DNA from: Nemertoderma westbladi
Taxonomy: Eukaryota; Animalia; Xenacoelomorpha
Assembly: GCA_032718475.1 (NCBI GenBank)
Contig: JAUCBJ010001113.1
Location: 7,539-71,538, forward strand
Length of the DNA: 64,000 nt
Direction of reading: 5' to 3'
Below the pieces are notes generated by a model. That model made no database searches. It was given only the letters and a program-made list of their open reading frames with translations, and was not told the DNA's origin. The translations under genes and the position numbers were made by a program. Within the stretch, counting starts at the first letter, position 1. The number at the start of each line of letters is the position of its first letter. This document shows, in pieces, positions 1 to 12,250 of the stretch.

Positions 1-4
1 ATAA

Positions 5-470
5 TTAGGTAGTATGCGTTCTAACCCAGTAGTACGACTTATTCTTTAGTTGGGGGTTTACCTTACAGCATTCGCTGCCCCTACTTCCTAACCGTTCTTT
101 ATCGGACAGATGATCTACACACGCTGCAATCCGTTCAGACCTAATAACAGCCAGACAACTATCCAGCCTACAAATTATCTAAATAAATATTATACGCTAC
201 CCGTACAGACTTACACAAACAAAGTACAGACTCAACGATGGCAGACTACTCTCAAGCCTAACTAAACTACAGGACATGCAGACTCCGAAATGATTAGGGA
301 GTATGCGCTCTAACCCAGTAGTGCGACTTATTCTTTAGTTGGGGGTTTACCTTACAGCGTTCGCTGCCCCTACTTCCTAACCGTACTTAATCGGACAGGT
401 GATCTACACACACTGTAATCCGTTCAGACTTAACAGCAATCAGACAACAGCTCAGCCTACAAATTGTCTG
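5..470. repeat. ~170-bp direct duplication in the sibling element leader (copies at about 5-175 and 294-468)
   Basis: TTAGG.AGTATGCG.TCTAACCCAGTAGT.CGACTTATTCTTTAGTTGGGGGTTTACCTTACAGC... occurs twice. Confidence 0.85.
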
Positions 471-838
471 TACAATCTGATCAGGCTTACACGCCTTCTG
501 TTCAATACTGGCCTACAAACAAATAAAACTTGACAGAAATAAGTAAAAATCTCAATAAAAAACCAGGGCTGCAGTCCCTGATTAATTATTAAGGCCTACC
601 GGTATATAACTATCAAAATCGAATAATACTAATGTACTTATACGGGAAGTACCGGTTAGGACAGTTAGGCCTACGGACCTACAGAAGTACCGGTTCTGGC
701 AGTTGGACCTACAGACCTACGGCAGTACCGGTTCTGGCAGTTGGGCCTACTGACCTACAGATGTACCTTTCAGGTTTACCGGTTGACCGGTACTTTCAAC
801 TTTATTGCTTACTGCAATAAAGAAGCTATATCCGTTAT

Positions 839-2027
839 TGTTCGCGCTTTCAGACCTTTGGCAGTTTAACCCGCCAAATTAGGATGTCTTCTAGATAATA
901 AATCGCTTTAGCCTCTAACAAGTATTTGATTCACTACACTAGTTGAAACCAATCTGTGCGCGATCATTCACCCGTTGGATATACCCGGGAGATTGATTTC
1001 GACAGCTTAATCTTATTGCTATGTAAGCCTAATGTATTATTCGACTGACAGTATTATATAATCTCTGACAATATTATTCACCTTCAGGGAATATTAACAG
1101 TTCCTTTAGGACGTGGCGCTCTATCTATATAAACAGAGTTATGACTTAAACTACTCACAACGATATGGCTTAGTTACAATTCACATATATGGCGCATTCT
1201 TTAGGAAATGCTTCGTTATCAGTCTCACTCATACACAATGCTGCACAATACTGCACACTGATCTGCCGATCTTCACTGATTTTAGTCACATATAAAAGGA
1301 ACACGGACCGAATCATGTAGGGTCTATCAAATAACATTAGATTCACTTCAAACCACTCAACATAGGTCGCAATCATTTATCTGTAACCCTTCTCTCTTAC
1401 CTTCGGTATATCAAGAATATTGGGTTTTCGGGGTTATTTGCCGTTATTCCAAATATAATAATTCATCAACCATATTATGAAGAACTGAAAGTAAATAGCA
1501 GTATAACAATATAAAGTATGCACAGTGTTACACAGTATGCAGTGTATGCAGTACTGCAGTATGCAGTATGCAGATAACGGATATATGTCCTTATAATTAA
1601 GCCTACTAGTGTAGGACTAAAAACTGAAAACACGGAGGTGCCAAAAGCCGGTTCTTAGGCTCTGGGCAAAAACATAACACTGAACTACTGAGTTTCTGTA
1701 TACACCTCCAACACAGAGACAACAAACGCTCTGATTGGTCAACCTGAACAACGAGAGAACAAAGAAACAAAGAAACGTCGACGTGGCAATATCAGCTGCT
1801 AGCCGTCGTCATGGTAGCGACACTGTTTTCAAGAGTATCGAGCTTTTACGTCACGGAATTACGGATTATGTCCTCTAAAGTACAAATACAGAAGAAATAG
1901 CTTTTATGTCCGCTAAAACACCAGTACAGCAAGGACACGGCCTTTTTATGCCTGGTAAACCAACCACAGAGTATTTTACGGGAAAAATAAGGAAAAATAA
2001 CCGGACAATTCAGCAAAAGCTTTTACA
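839..2027 (-). mobile_element. 5' LTR (1189 bp) of a diverged sibling of the BEL/Pao element at 12251-28626; internal leader continues over 1-838 and off the window
   Basis: Minus strand begins TGTAAAAGCTTTTGC (2027) and ends AAAGCGCGAACA (839), aligning with both ends of LTR 12251-13433. Sequence 1-838 is homologous to the leader starting at 13434. Confidence 0.85.
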
Positions 2028-2090
2028 CACTTGACTCTGACTGTAACAAACTTGATATCGATATGTGTGTAGGAATATCGACTTTCATGC

Positions 2091-2122
<32 letters not shown>

Positions 2123-2307
2123 GAAGTTGGTATATTTTGGTACTGTTACCGGTACGTTACAGTGCAGTTAGTAGGCTGGTAGTACAGCAGTAGCAGTACA
2201 GCATATACATACTTTAGTAGTGTACCTGCCCTGGTTGCCTGTCGTTAGGATATCTGATCTTTATAAGATATTATATATGTTATTTGGTCTAGATCCTAAC
2301 ATATTTC

Positions 2308-3054
2308 CTAACGAACATAATAAATATAATGAATTGTATCCTTGGCAAATTCTTTATTTATTACACTACCATATTTCACGTCATCAGGTATCGCCACGCG
2401 ACGAAGTAAAGCTAAACCAAAATCATTAATATATTCATTTTCAATTATATTAGTAGTCACGTACATGTTCGACTTAGGTTCTGGAATAGAATTGGGTGGT
2501 TGAGGACATAAAAATACCATTTGGTAAGCTTTTTCTTCATTTCCGATAATCTTTATTAAATAACCCTTTATATTATTTTTCGTCTTCAAAATAATTTTAA
2601 AATTTGGATTTAAATTCGCACCGAGATTATTTTCAGTAATTCCAAAATAATAGGCTAATTGTTGACCTATAAATAACTCTCGTACAGTTTTCCCTAAAAT
2701 AAATTGCAACCTATTTTGCTGAGTATTTTCAACTATTTGTAATTTATCTTTCAACGCCCCAGTGTTAAAATAATCTATAATGTCATTGATACTGTAGAAC
2801 AAGCCGGATGGAAGTGTATCCTCAAAATTTTTTTTCCCTTTTTTTAATAAAATAACATTCTCTACATTGTTATACATAGACGGTAACGTGGCTAAGTAAA
2901 ATATACTATTTATACCTACCACCCAGTTTTCGTTTGGATTTATAGGTAAGGCACCATGGAAATTGATCTGATAATTACTACCGGTATTACGGGGAAAATT
3001 AATTGGACAGGAGTTACTTGGTAGCCTAACATAGAAATCATCCATCACCGCCAC
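2308..3054 (-). pseudogene. Polinton minor capsid (penton-like) protein, paralog 2, C-terminally truncated
   Basis: N-terminal FYVRLPSNS..FPRNT..NY...WVVGINSI and C-terminal MYVTTNIIE.....D...ALLRRV motifs typical of Maverick/adintovirus penton. Confidence 0.7.
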
Positions 3055-3910
3055 CGCGTATTAACTTAAGTGTTATAACAGTGCGACCACCGTTGAAATT
3101 AATTAATTCACCTTGGCCGTCACGTAAAGTAATTAAGATTGTTTTTAGTTTTTTATTCAACAATGAGTAATAGCAAATGCTCTCGTATTCGTGATTAATA
3201 TATTTTCGATTTAATTGTATTAAAGGACAGGTTCTTAAGAGCGGAGCTAAAGCGTCACCAACAAAAGAGCTCTCAATAATATTTGTATATATGAAGATTG
3301 TATCTTTATTACGAGTAATATTCGTGGGATTTGGAAAATCTAAAATCCCAATTTCCGAAATTTTTGGTCCACTATAATTTAAAATTAATATCGGCTGTTC
3401 TATATTGCTTAATTCATCCACTGTAGTGGTACTGTATATATCCCAATTCGGAATACCTGGATGATTGTGATCCAATAACTGTTTTAAGCCTAGAATTTGT
3501 ATTAAATCACCGTGTAGACTTAATTGTATTTTTTTCAACTTTTTCGGAAATTTAAATTTAATTCTAGAATTATTTGTATTAAAAATAAATTCGAAATCTC
3601 TTTATTTCGCTTCAGAATTAAACAGTTTATTTATATCATCAATAATGACTTGAATAGAGCTATGCATACCAGGAAATAAACTGTATAATTTGGCATCTTT
3701 TGCATCTACCCCGATTGACAGCGAGATTTGAGTTTGCAGAGTAATATTACTGTATGTTGCTTGGTATTGAATCTCGGCAAGCCCAATTTTAGCGTTTGGA
3801 CCAATATATAATTCTTTGGCTAAATCAACAATAAACTCGCTAGGGTTATTATTGGGGTATGTGTTTAATGAGCTATCTGAAACTAGAGTGATATATGTAT
3901 CTACAGCCAT
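3038..3910 (-). pseudogene. Polinton minor capsid (penton-like) protein, paralog 1 (~290 aa, one in-frame stop at 3602-3604)
   Basis: YITLVSDSSLNTYPNNNPSEF...IGLAEIQY N-terminus and IFIYTNIIESSFVGDALAPLLR...ITLRDGQGELINFNGGRTVITLKL C-terminus. The two ORF pieces are in the same frame. Confidence 0.8.
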
Positions 3911-4172
3911 TATTATTATTCTTTAAGCTCTCTCTACATGACTCCTTTGTACATACTGTACTGTATAATGTTAAACTATAGACATCTGTGACCACGTTCA
4001 TTGCCGCTTCTACAGTATATGCGAGGGATCAATATTTTACTGGCTTTATTTAAAACGAATGGACTATAGATATTAACCTTACAGTATAGTATAGTAATAT
4101 CATTTGAGTTAATATTGATTAATTACGGTCATATGTGACCAAAATGAATTAATATACAGTATAAACCTAAAC

Positions 4173-5220
4173 TTATTGAATATGCTGTACCCACGACTGT
4201 TTCTTGGATCCAATGAATCGGACTAAATATTCTTTTTTCCCATTGCATACACGTTCTTTAAGTTTGCCAATATTTTTGTCAATCGGAAGATAAATATTAC
4301 TACTCGGGTGGACCTTTTGGAGTTCGTATGAATAAAATGAACCATTTATTATAGCACCGGTTCTGTACTTAATATCGAACATTACCGCTGGTACTCTAAC
4401 CAATCTGACCCGATGAATAATAAATAATTCACGTGTCCATTGTTCTCGATAGCCTTTAGCAAAAGCAGTACGCGCAATAGATAATCGTACTGTATCTCCA
4501 ACTTTAAATTTTATTTTCTTGTGATTAATCTGTCTATATTTCCCATATAATCTATTAATTAATTCAGTTTTATTAAATTTATTAACTTCAATGGGCGTCA
4601 TTTGTATAGTCCTATGAAATGACCTATTATAAGCAAATATAAGCTTCGGTAAAATTTTTATCCAAACATTATTTCCCCGTTGCGTGAAAATTTTGAACAT
4701 CTTTGTTTTTAATGTTCTATTGAATCTCTCGACAATAGCCGCCTTATTCACAGAGTACATTACGTAATACTGTACACCAATAGTATCTAAATATTTCCTT
4801 ACAGATTTATTTAGAAACTCGAAACCTTGATCAGTCGCGATTCTGTTTGGTTTACCCTTCTGGAATATTTTTTGCAATATACTAATAATTTCAATACCTG
4901 TTTTTGTCTTCATACCATAGGCAAAAGCAAGCCGGCTAAAGGCATCAATACATGTTAATATATAGTTATAATTATTATTTTGTGATTTATATTGCTGCAT
5001 ATCCACCAGATCTATCATATATATATCTTTTAACCCTCCCGTGAATATTTTAGATGTTGGATAATGATGTCTACGTGGTGCATGAAGGGAGTATGTCTTT
5101 TGCCCGCTCAACCATTTCTGGGCTTGAGCTGGTTTGATGTTTGCGGCTTTTGCTAATTTTGCGATACTTGCAAAACCCGCAGGCAATGAAGGATCTAAAT
5201 AAATTCTTAACAGTTTTTTG
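4173..5220 (-). CDS. Polinton retroviral-like (rve/DDE) integrase with C-terminal chromodomain-like remnant
   Basis: IDLVDM, CIDAFSR, TDQGFEF, AAIVERFNRTLK, YNRSFHRTIQMTP, FKVGDTVRLS, KGYREQWTRELF, EYLVRFIG motifs. Confidence 0.9.
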
Positions 5221-5448
5221 TCTCATCACCGTAAAAACAGCTGAAATTTTTTTATTTTCTTTGAAGTTGATGTTTTAAAGGGTTTTCTTTTTGTAGTATT
5301 TACTCTAGGTATATCTTGAGGTTTTAAATCAGTAGCTAACGGTTTACTCGATACTAAATATAGTTTTCTAAATGTTACTCCCGTTTTAACCATTATTACC
5401 GTCCGCGGATAATTTTTTTCGCAATAGCCGCTCCAGCGGCGGCGGCGA

Positions 5449-6745
5449 GGTGGAAAATTTCTACCAGAATCTACAAGCAGCTACTGATGGCGTGGATCAG
5501 CATGCATTCTTAACATTCCTGGGGGACTTTAATGCAAGTCTGCATCAATCACCTACATCGCCCTGGGTCTATAGCAATAGTGTTAACCGAAATTCCGTCC
5601 ATCTTCAGGATTTTATCTCTGGAAATGGATTATTTTCGGCTGGAACCCAGTTCAAGAAGCGAACTGGAAAGCTATGGACTCATAGTGGACCCAGTGGTCA
5701 CAAGTCCCAGATATACCATATCCTGTTTCGTAGGAAATACAGGAGCTCTATACAAGACTGTAATGCATTTACACTACGAGAGACACACTTGCACCATTCT
5801 TGTTCATAATTGTTGTTGACTATGTTCTACGCATGTCCTTAGATCATCATAATGATGATGGAGTGATGATAACTCCACCTACTGGATCCAGAAGTCGATG
5901 AAATCCTGCCAAGTACCTAACTGATCTACACTTTGCTGATGACTTAGGAGTACTCTCAGAAACACTAGAGGGAGCCCAACGGCTCCTCAGCTCATTAGAA
6001 TATGCTGCTTCTAGTGTTGGTCTTTTTATTAACTCCAGAAAGACCAAAATTTTGACAGTCAACTTTGAAAGTCCTCAGCAAGTCTCTGATCGGATGAGTA
6101 TAAGCTCAAAAGATGGTATGCTTGAGCATGTGGATGAATTCTGTTACCTGGGATCATGGATCCGGAAGTCAGATGAGGACCTTCGAATACATAAGGGAAA
6201 GGCATGGGCAGCCTTGAATAGGCTTTCCAGGATTTGGAAGTCACCGAGAATTAATCGGAAACTTAAGGTCCGGTTATTTAGAGCAGCAGTAGTTCCAGTA
6301 CTCCTCTATGGGAGTCCGTGCTGGGCTCTAACTGCTGAGGACACCAAATCTCTGGATGGTACATTCACAAGAATGCTACGCCGGGTTCATTGTATCAAGT
6401 TCAATGCACACATCTCCATCCAGACACTATATAACATTGGAGGTGTCTCATTGGTTCCCCCAAGCTTGACAATAGAACAAAATCGCCTCCGCTTTGAAGG
6501 ACATTGCTTTTGCCGTGAGGAGCAGCCAGTGCATAATCTTGTACTTTGGCAGCCTCATGGAGTGAATAAGCATGGTGGACAGCCCATGACTTTCTTGCGA
6601 CGCATCTTAAATGACACTGGCCTAGAAGATGCGGATGATCTAGCAAATGTCATGGGTGATGGGAGTTGTGGCGGTGCAGTTTTGTCGATAAGCCGGCACA
6701 GCATTCTTAAAAATGCAGCTGCATTGCAGCATGCCGATCCTAGTA
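5449..6745 (+). mobile_element. RTE-clade LINE, internally deleted (AP-endonuclease remnant plus RT C-terminal half and 3' end)
   Basis: LGDFNA...WTH (APE); LHFADD-like region; EFCYLGSWI; RLSRIWKS...KLKVRLFRAAVVPVLLYGS..W; tail GATCCTAGTAG shared with the copy at 43457-44035. Confidence 0.85.
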
Positions 6746-7340
6746 GGCCCATCTGGTTCGGGTAAATCTACTTTTGGTAGCAACTTAATTAAACACAAGA
6801 ATGGTTGCTTCAACGAACCCCCCTTGCGAGTATTGTATTGTTATGGGAGCAATCCCCCAACTATTCCCGGTATTACTCACCTTTATAAAGGTTTGCCTGA
6901 AAATGTAGACAGTTTAGTAAATAGTCGAGATTTATTAATTATAGACAATTTATTAACAGAAACCGAGTCCAGTACTCAGTACTGCCTTAACTGTATTGTT
7001 TACTAAGGTTGCTCATCATTCCAATATATTTATTTGTTTCATAACGCAAAACATGTTTTACGGTGGGAAGCATAACCGTACAAGATCAATTAATAGCCTT
7101 ACCTTAGTATTAATGCAAAATCCTCGATACAGTTTATTGGTTTTAAATTTCGCGAAGCAGATGTTACCTGGGCAGACCTAATTTTGAGTAGATTCCTATC
7201 AAGATGCGACTATTGAACCATTTTCGCATTTCTTAATTGATTTACAACAGGAAACACCCGAACATTTAAGATTTAGATCGGATATATTTCGTAATCATAA
7301 TTGTTACATTAAAAATTACTTTGACTATAAACGTAGTGAT
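6740..7340 (+). pseudogene. Polinton A32/FtsK-like packaging ATPase, 5'-truncated and frameshifted
   Basis: Walker A GPSGSGKST, Walker B-like LLIIDN, HHSNIFICFITQN, RTRSINS, PFSHFLIDL...RFRSDIF. Confidence 0.85.
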
Positions 7341-7407
7341 AATAATAATAATAATAATAATAATTAATATTCATATTTTGTAAAAATTTTCAATAATGTT
7401 GCAACAA

Positions 7408-7789
7408 TGAATAGACTTGTACAGAAATATCGTAACGAATTGAATTTCTACGCAGCGCCACCCCTCAACAAAGAACTTATTTTATTAACCATACCGCTAG
7501 TAACGAATTAATATGCCTCATTGTAAATACTGCATTAAATGTTCTAAAAGGTAACGTACAATTGACCACCCATTCATTTAGAAATATTCGTCGTTATAAA
7601 CAGGTATTAAAATCACTCAACCGCAAAACAAAAAATATGTCAAGTTACAGAAAAAAGTTAACCAATCAATCTGGTGGTATACTTCCGTTTCTAATACCCC
7701 TACTCGGCATTGGCGCGAAACTCGCTGTGGGGGCTGGTGCCGCCGCCGCTGGAGCGGCTATTGCGAAAAGAATTAACCATGGACGGTAA
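7408..7789 (+). pseudogene. Small basic Polinton virion-type protein with adenain-type cleavage site (QSGG|IL) and amphipathic C-terminus; frameshifted near the 5' end
   Basis: ALNVLKGNVQLT...KQVLKSL...KKLTNQSGGILPFLIPLLG; lies next to the ATPase, as in Mavericks/adintoviruses. Confidence 0.6.
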
Positions 7790-8737
7790 TAATACTAATA
7801 ATGGTTAAAACGGGAGTAACATTTAGAAATTTATATTTAGTATCGAGTAAACTGTTAGCTACTGATTTAAAACCTCAAGATATACCTAGAGTAAATACTA
7901 CAAAAAGAAAACCCAACAAAACATCAACTTCAAAGAAAATAAAAAAATTTCAGCTGTTTTTACGGTGATGCCCTTTATAAGAGATTTGAATATACATATT
8001 ACTTGCGGTTGTTGAAAAGATGCCACGCAAGATGAGACCGATTTTAAGCCGGAGCTTAGACAAAAAACCATTAAGAATTTATTCAGATCCTTCATCACCT
8101 GCGGGGTTTGCAAGTATCACAAAATTAGCAAAAGCGGCAAACATCAAACCATCTCAAGCCCAGAAATGATTGAGCAGACAAAAGACATACTCCCTTCACG
8201 CACCACATAAACATCATTATCCAACATCTAAAATATTTACGGGAGGGTTAAAAGATATATATATATGATAGATCTGGTGGATATGCAGCAATATAAATCC
8301 CCAAATAATAATTATAACTATATATTAACATGTATTGACGCCTTTAGCTGGCTTGCTTTTGCCTACAGTATGAAAACAAAAACAGGTATTGAAATTATTT
8401 GTATATTGCAAAAAATATTCCAGAAAGGTAAACCAAACAGAATTGTGACTGATCAAGGATCTGAGTTTCTAAATAAATCTGTGAGGAAATATTTAGATAC
8501 TATTGGAGTACGGTATTATGTAATGTACTCTGTGAATAAGGCGGCTATAGTCGAGAGATTCAATAGAACATTAAAAACAAAAATTTTCAAAATTTTCACG
8601 CAACATGGGAATAATGTTTGGATAAAAATTTTACCGAAGCTTATTTTTGCTTATAATAGGTCATTTCATAGGACTATACAAATGACGCCCATTTAAGTTA
8701 ATAAATTTAATGAAACTGAATTAATTAATAGATTATA

Positions 8738-10272
8738 CAGTCCCAATCCCAATAAACATTAACTTGGTCGTTTTGGCGGCCAAAATGACCAAAATCGCCA
8801 AAAAAAATGTAGTGTATTCCTATGGGCTACTTGGTCGTTTTGGCGAAGCGATTTAATTCGACACAGTCAAGTCCAGACAGCCCGTCTCCTTGGACATCCA
8901 TTTGGTTGCTCTGACTAAACTCGCTTTCATTTTTATTATTGACAGATTGTTAACTTACCCGGAGCTGAGTCGGGCCTTTCAGTTGTAGTAGAGACCACCC
9001 ACTGAGGCATTGATACAGCACAGGCTAATACGTAACAAGGGAGTTAGTTGAATGCGACTTTGTTAAAAGGAGGAGTATGTATAATAATCGGATTTTGTGT
9101 GTTATTATTAGATAATCACTTCTAACCTTTTCCTTTGTGTAGCTTCAGTTTAGAGTCATTATGAAATGGCAACGTGTTCTGTATGAAGGCGTCCTAATTA
9201 TAGTTTTATAGTTAGAAGCTGGGTCTGTGACAGGGCGAGAGGTAGCTATTAAATAGCGACACTCAGTCTCGAACGAGTTCGGTATACTGATGAAATTCAG
9301 ATTAAGCGGCGCGGCCTATTTCTAGTAGCTGGATCTGAATTCGAGGGCGATAGTAACTGAAAACATTATAATATCAGGCTCTGGCTCTGCGCTAACAGTC
9401 AACAGAGTTGGCATATTTGGGTGAATTTATGATGATGAAATTATTATTTATCGAGACAGGGGGGGGGGGGGGGGGGGGGGGAAACTGGACGCAAAACTCG
9501 CCTTGGCAAATTAATATCCCGCCTCAATGTTAAATTCTCAATTTAGGGAAAGGAGCAGGTTACAGTGGCACGTTATTTTAACCAAAACAATAAATTAAAC
9601 ATAAATGAACATCACAGTTTTATTTTTGAGAGTAATCATCTGTTATTTGCGTCAAATTTCCCCTGGAGAGTGATGAATTTTTATGGCGTCCAGTCCCCCC
9701 CCCCCCCCCCCCCTAACTGTATTTATGAGAGCATTTATATTATAGCGTATTAAACTGCTAAATAAAGAAAAATCTATGTAAATACTTTTCTCATATTTTA
9801 AAGAATTTTTACAAATTAAATATATGAACTTGTTATTTTTATTACCAATCGAATATAATTAAAGTAAATAATTAATTATTACGCTGCAAGTGCTAGCACA
9901 CTGCTTATAACCTAAGTGACAGGTAAAGGTGTGTTAATTATTAGATTAGTAAAAATTATGTAGAAAATAATAAGTTAGGGCGGGCGCCTCACACTGCACT
10001 TTTACAGGCATGTTTACTACTGTGGCGAGTCCAGCCGTTACTACACTGGAGCCTTTCTCTCTACCTAAAGGTAGAGAGAACTCTACCTCAGAACTCTACC
10101 TCAGCGCCAACATGCTGGGTTTTAACTACAGTCAGCCTGTATTCACTGGCTGTGATTGACAAGCCAACATGCCTCAGCAGTTCCTTTCATGAATACCACA
10201 GTTTTTACTTGGCCATTTTGGCAATTTTGGCCGCCAAAATGACCAAGTTAATGTTTATTGGGATTGGGACTG
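8738..10272. mobile_element. Non-autonomous Tc1/mariner/pogo-type DNA transposon
   Basis: TIRs CAGTCCCAATCCCAATAAACATTAACTTGGTC / GACCAAGTTAATGTTTATTGGGATTGGGACTG; TA duplication at 8736-8737 and 10273-10274; removal restores the integrase frame (NRLY|GKYR). Confidence 0.9.
9458..9713. mobile_element. Possible small nested MITE bounded by poly-G and poly-C runs
   Basis: G-run + ACTGGACGC.AAA on the left and TTTTATGGCGTCCAGT + C-run on the right are inverted repeats; no clear TSD. Confidence 0.45.
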
Positions 10273-10925
10273 TATGGGAAATATAGACAGATTAATCACA
10301 AGAAAATAAAATTACAAGTTGGAGATATAGTACGATTATCTATTGCTCGTACTGCTTTTGCCAAAGGCTATCAAGAACAATGGACTCATGAATTATTTAT
10401 TATTCATTGGGTCAGATTGGATAGAGTACCGGCGGTAATGTTTGATATTAAGGACAGCGCTGGTGCTATAATAAATGGTTCATTTTATTCATACGAACTC
10501 CAAAAGGTCCACCCGAGTAGTAATATTTATCTTCCGATTGACAAAAATATTGGCAAACTTAAAGACAAATAATGATAGATGTGCGTAATAGGAAAAAAGA
10601 ATATTTAGTCAGATTCATTGGGTCCAAGAAACAGTCTTTGTTACAGCATATTAAATAAGTTTAGGTTTATATTGTATATTAATTCATTGCACGAATAATG
10701 GTCACATATGCACATAATTAATCAATATTAACTTGAATGATATTACTATACTATACTGTAAGTCTAATATCTATAGTTCATTCGCTTTAAATATTAATCA
10801 CTCTCATATACTGTAGAAGCAATGAACGTGACGACAGATGTCTATAATTTAACATTATACAAGCGTACAAGCGAGTCAAGTAGAGAGCTTAAATAATAAT
10901 AATAATGGCTATAGATACATATACT

Positions 10926-11047
10926 TGGTAAATCGAATTCACACAAACTATCCAATAATGGCGTTTACAAATAATGTGGAAATAAATGAAATAATATTAT
11001 ATAAATGGCTTGTTAATTATTATAAAATAAACCAACAAGCATTGTAA
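10926..11047 (+). pseudogene. C-terminal remnant of the Polinton protease fused to the first codons of penton paralog 1
   Basis: Matches the reverse complement of 46764-46885 (LVNRIHTNYP...KWLVNYYKINQ). Confidence 0.8.
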
Positions 11048-11084
11048 TTAATCATTTAACTTGTGTTTATCTCTCCCTGGGACC

Positions 11085-11541
11085 CCCTGATATTAACTTA
11101 TCAGCATTAGATAAAGCCCATGTAAACAATTTACGTGACATGACTTCGCATTTGCCGTGGATTTACGGGAACATTGAACAAGATGACTTCAAAAAGTACA
11201 TGAAGAGACATTTAAAATATAAAAAAAATATATATGTATTCGGGTTGATGAAGCTGGCAATATTAATTACCGAACTTGATGTTCTCGCTCCAAAATCGAT
11301 GGAGAAATTGGGAATATATCAACTATATTATAATTATTTAACCCCATGTCCTTTTCACGACAAATTTTCTACTGTAGAAGATAAATGCGCTTACCACTTA
11401 AACAGAAAGGACAACTGCCTGCGGTACTGCACTGCAAAATGGGTCAGAGGGTATGAAATGAAACGATTTTTCGTGAGAAAGCGATTAACTGAGACTGAAA
11501 ATAAACAGAAAGAAATAACTGCAGTGGAAGATGTACAGTAG
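11085..11541 (+). pseudogene. Polinton accessory protein of probable RNase H-like/DEDD fold, 5'-truncated copy
   Basis: HLPWIYGNI...IYVFGLMK...CPFH...C..H...C; homologous to the minus-strand copy at 46020-46720. Confidence 0.55.
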
Positions 11542-12250
11542 GTTTACTCTAAGCATGTAATGTGATGGGATAATATAATTGTTTTAATGTCAATAAAAAT
11601 AATAAAAACATTAAAATCTAATTTTTTATATCTCAGTCTGGTGGGCAGGGTTTAGGTTTACACCCTCAAACACACACCAACCGGTAGCTAGCCGGCTAGC
11701 TAGCTGTTGCATCTGAGTTTAACTACCGGTAGCTGACTTTACACACTGACATATAACAGTGCTAAACTGCAGAATGACTCCCCTTCTAGACTGACAAAGT
11801 ACCGCTTTAGCGTTACTAATAATAAAATCAAATAAACTCGACATGTGGTTTGCGAATGTGGCATTAGAGTGGCCCACCTAACAATAGGCCTACCGGTACT
11901 GTAGCACCCTTGTAACAGTATAGTCAGATAGGGCATGCTGGTTCCTTCGATTTAAGGATTATTACACTTGAATGCTTCCAATTTTCTGTTTACAACTTTA
12001 ATTGGTCTAATCTAGATTATTACTAGGCTACTACTGTCGCATAGGTAAGCCTATACGGCTATAGTTAACTTTATGTGGGCCTTTCTCGAATGTGGGGCCA
12101 ATTTGGTTTACAGTTAACCTTTAGAACTCACAGTCAGACGGTTGTGAATAAAACATTAGGCGCGCCTTCATTCGGTTAGGCATATAGGCCTAATGACTCC
12201 TCAACTGAAAGCCGACTAGCTCAGGGATACAATAGGTGTGGCTAGGTAGC

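Larger units (their letters stand above)
8060..10660 (+). pseudogene. Second Polinton integrase copy (stops, frameshift), interrupted by a DNA transposon at 8738-10272
   Basis: Near-identical translation to 4173-5186 on the opposite strand (ORFs 8265-8696 and 10258-10572). Confidence 0.9.

Noticed and set aside
2028-2320. Possible solo LTR or small insertion truncating penton 2
   Set aside because: Has a poly-A run and a short inverted repeat, but ends and TSD could not be defined.
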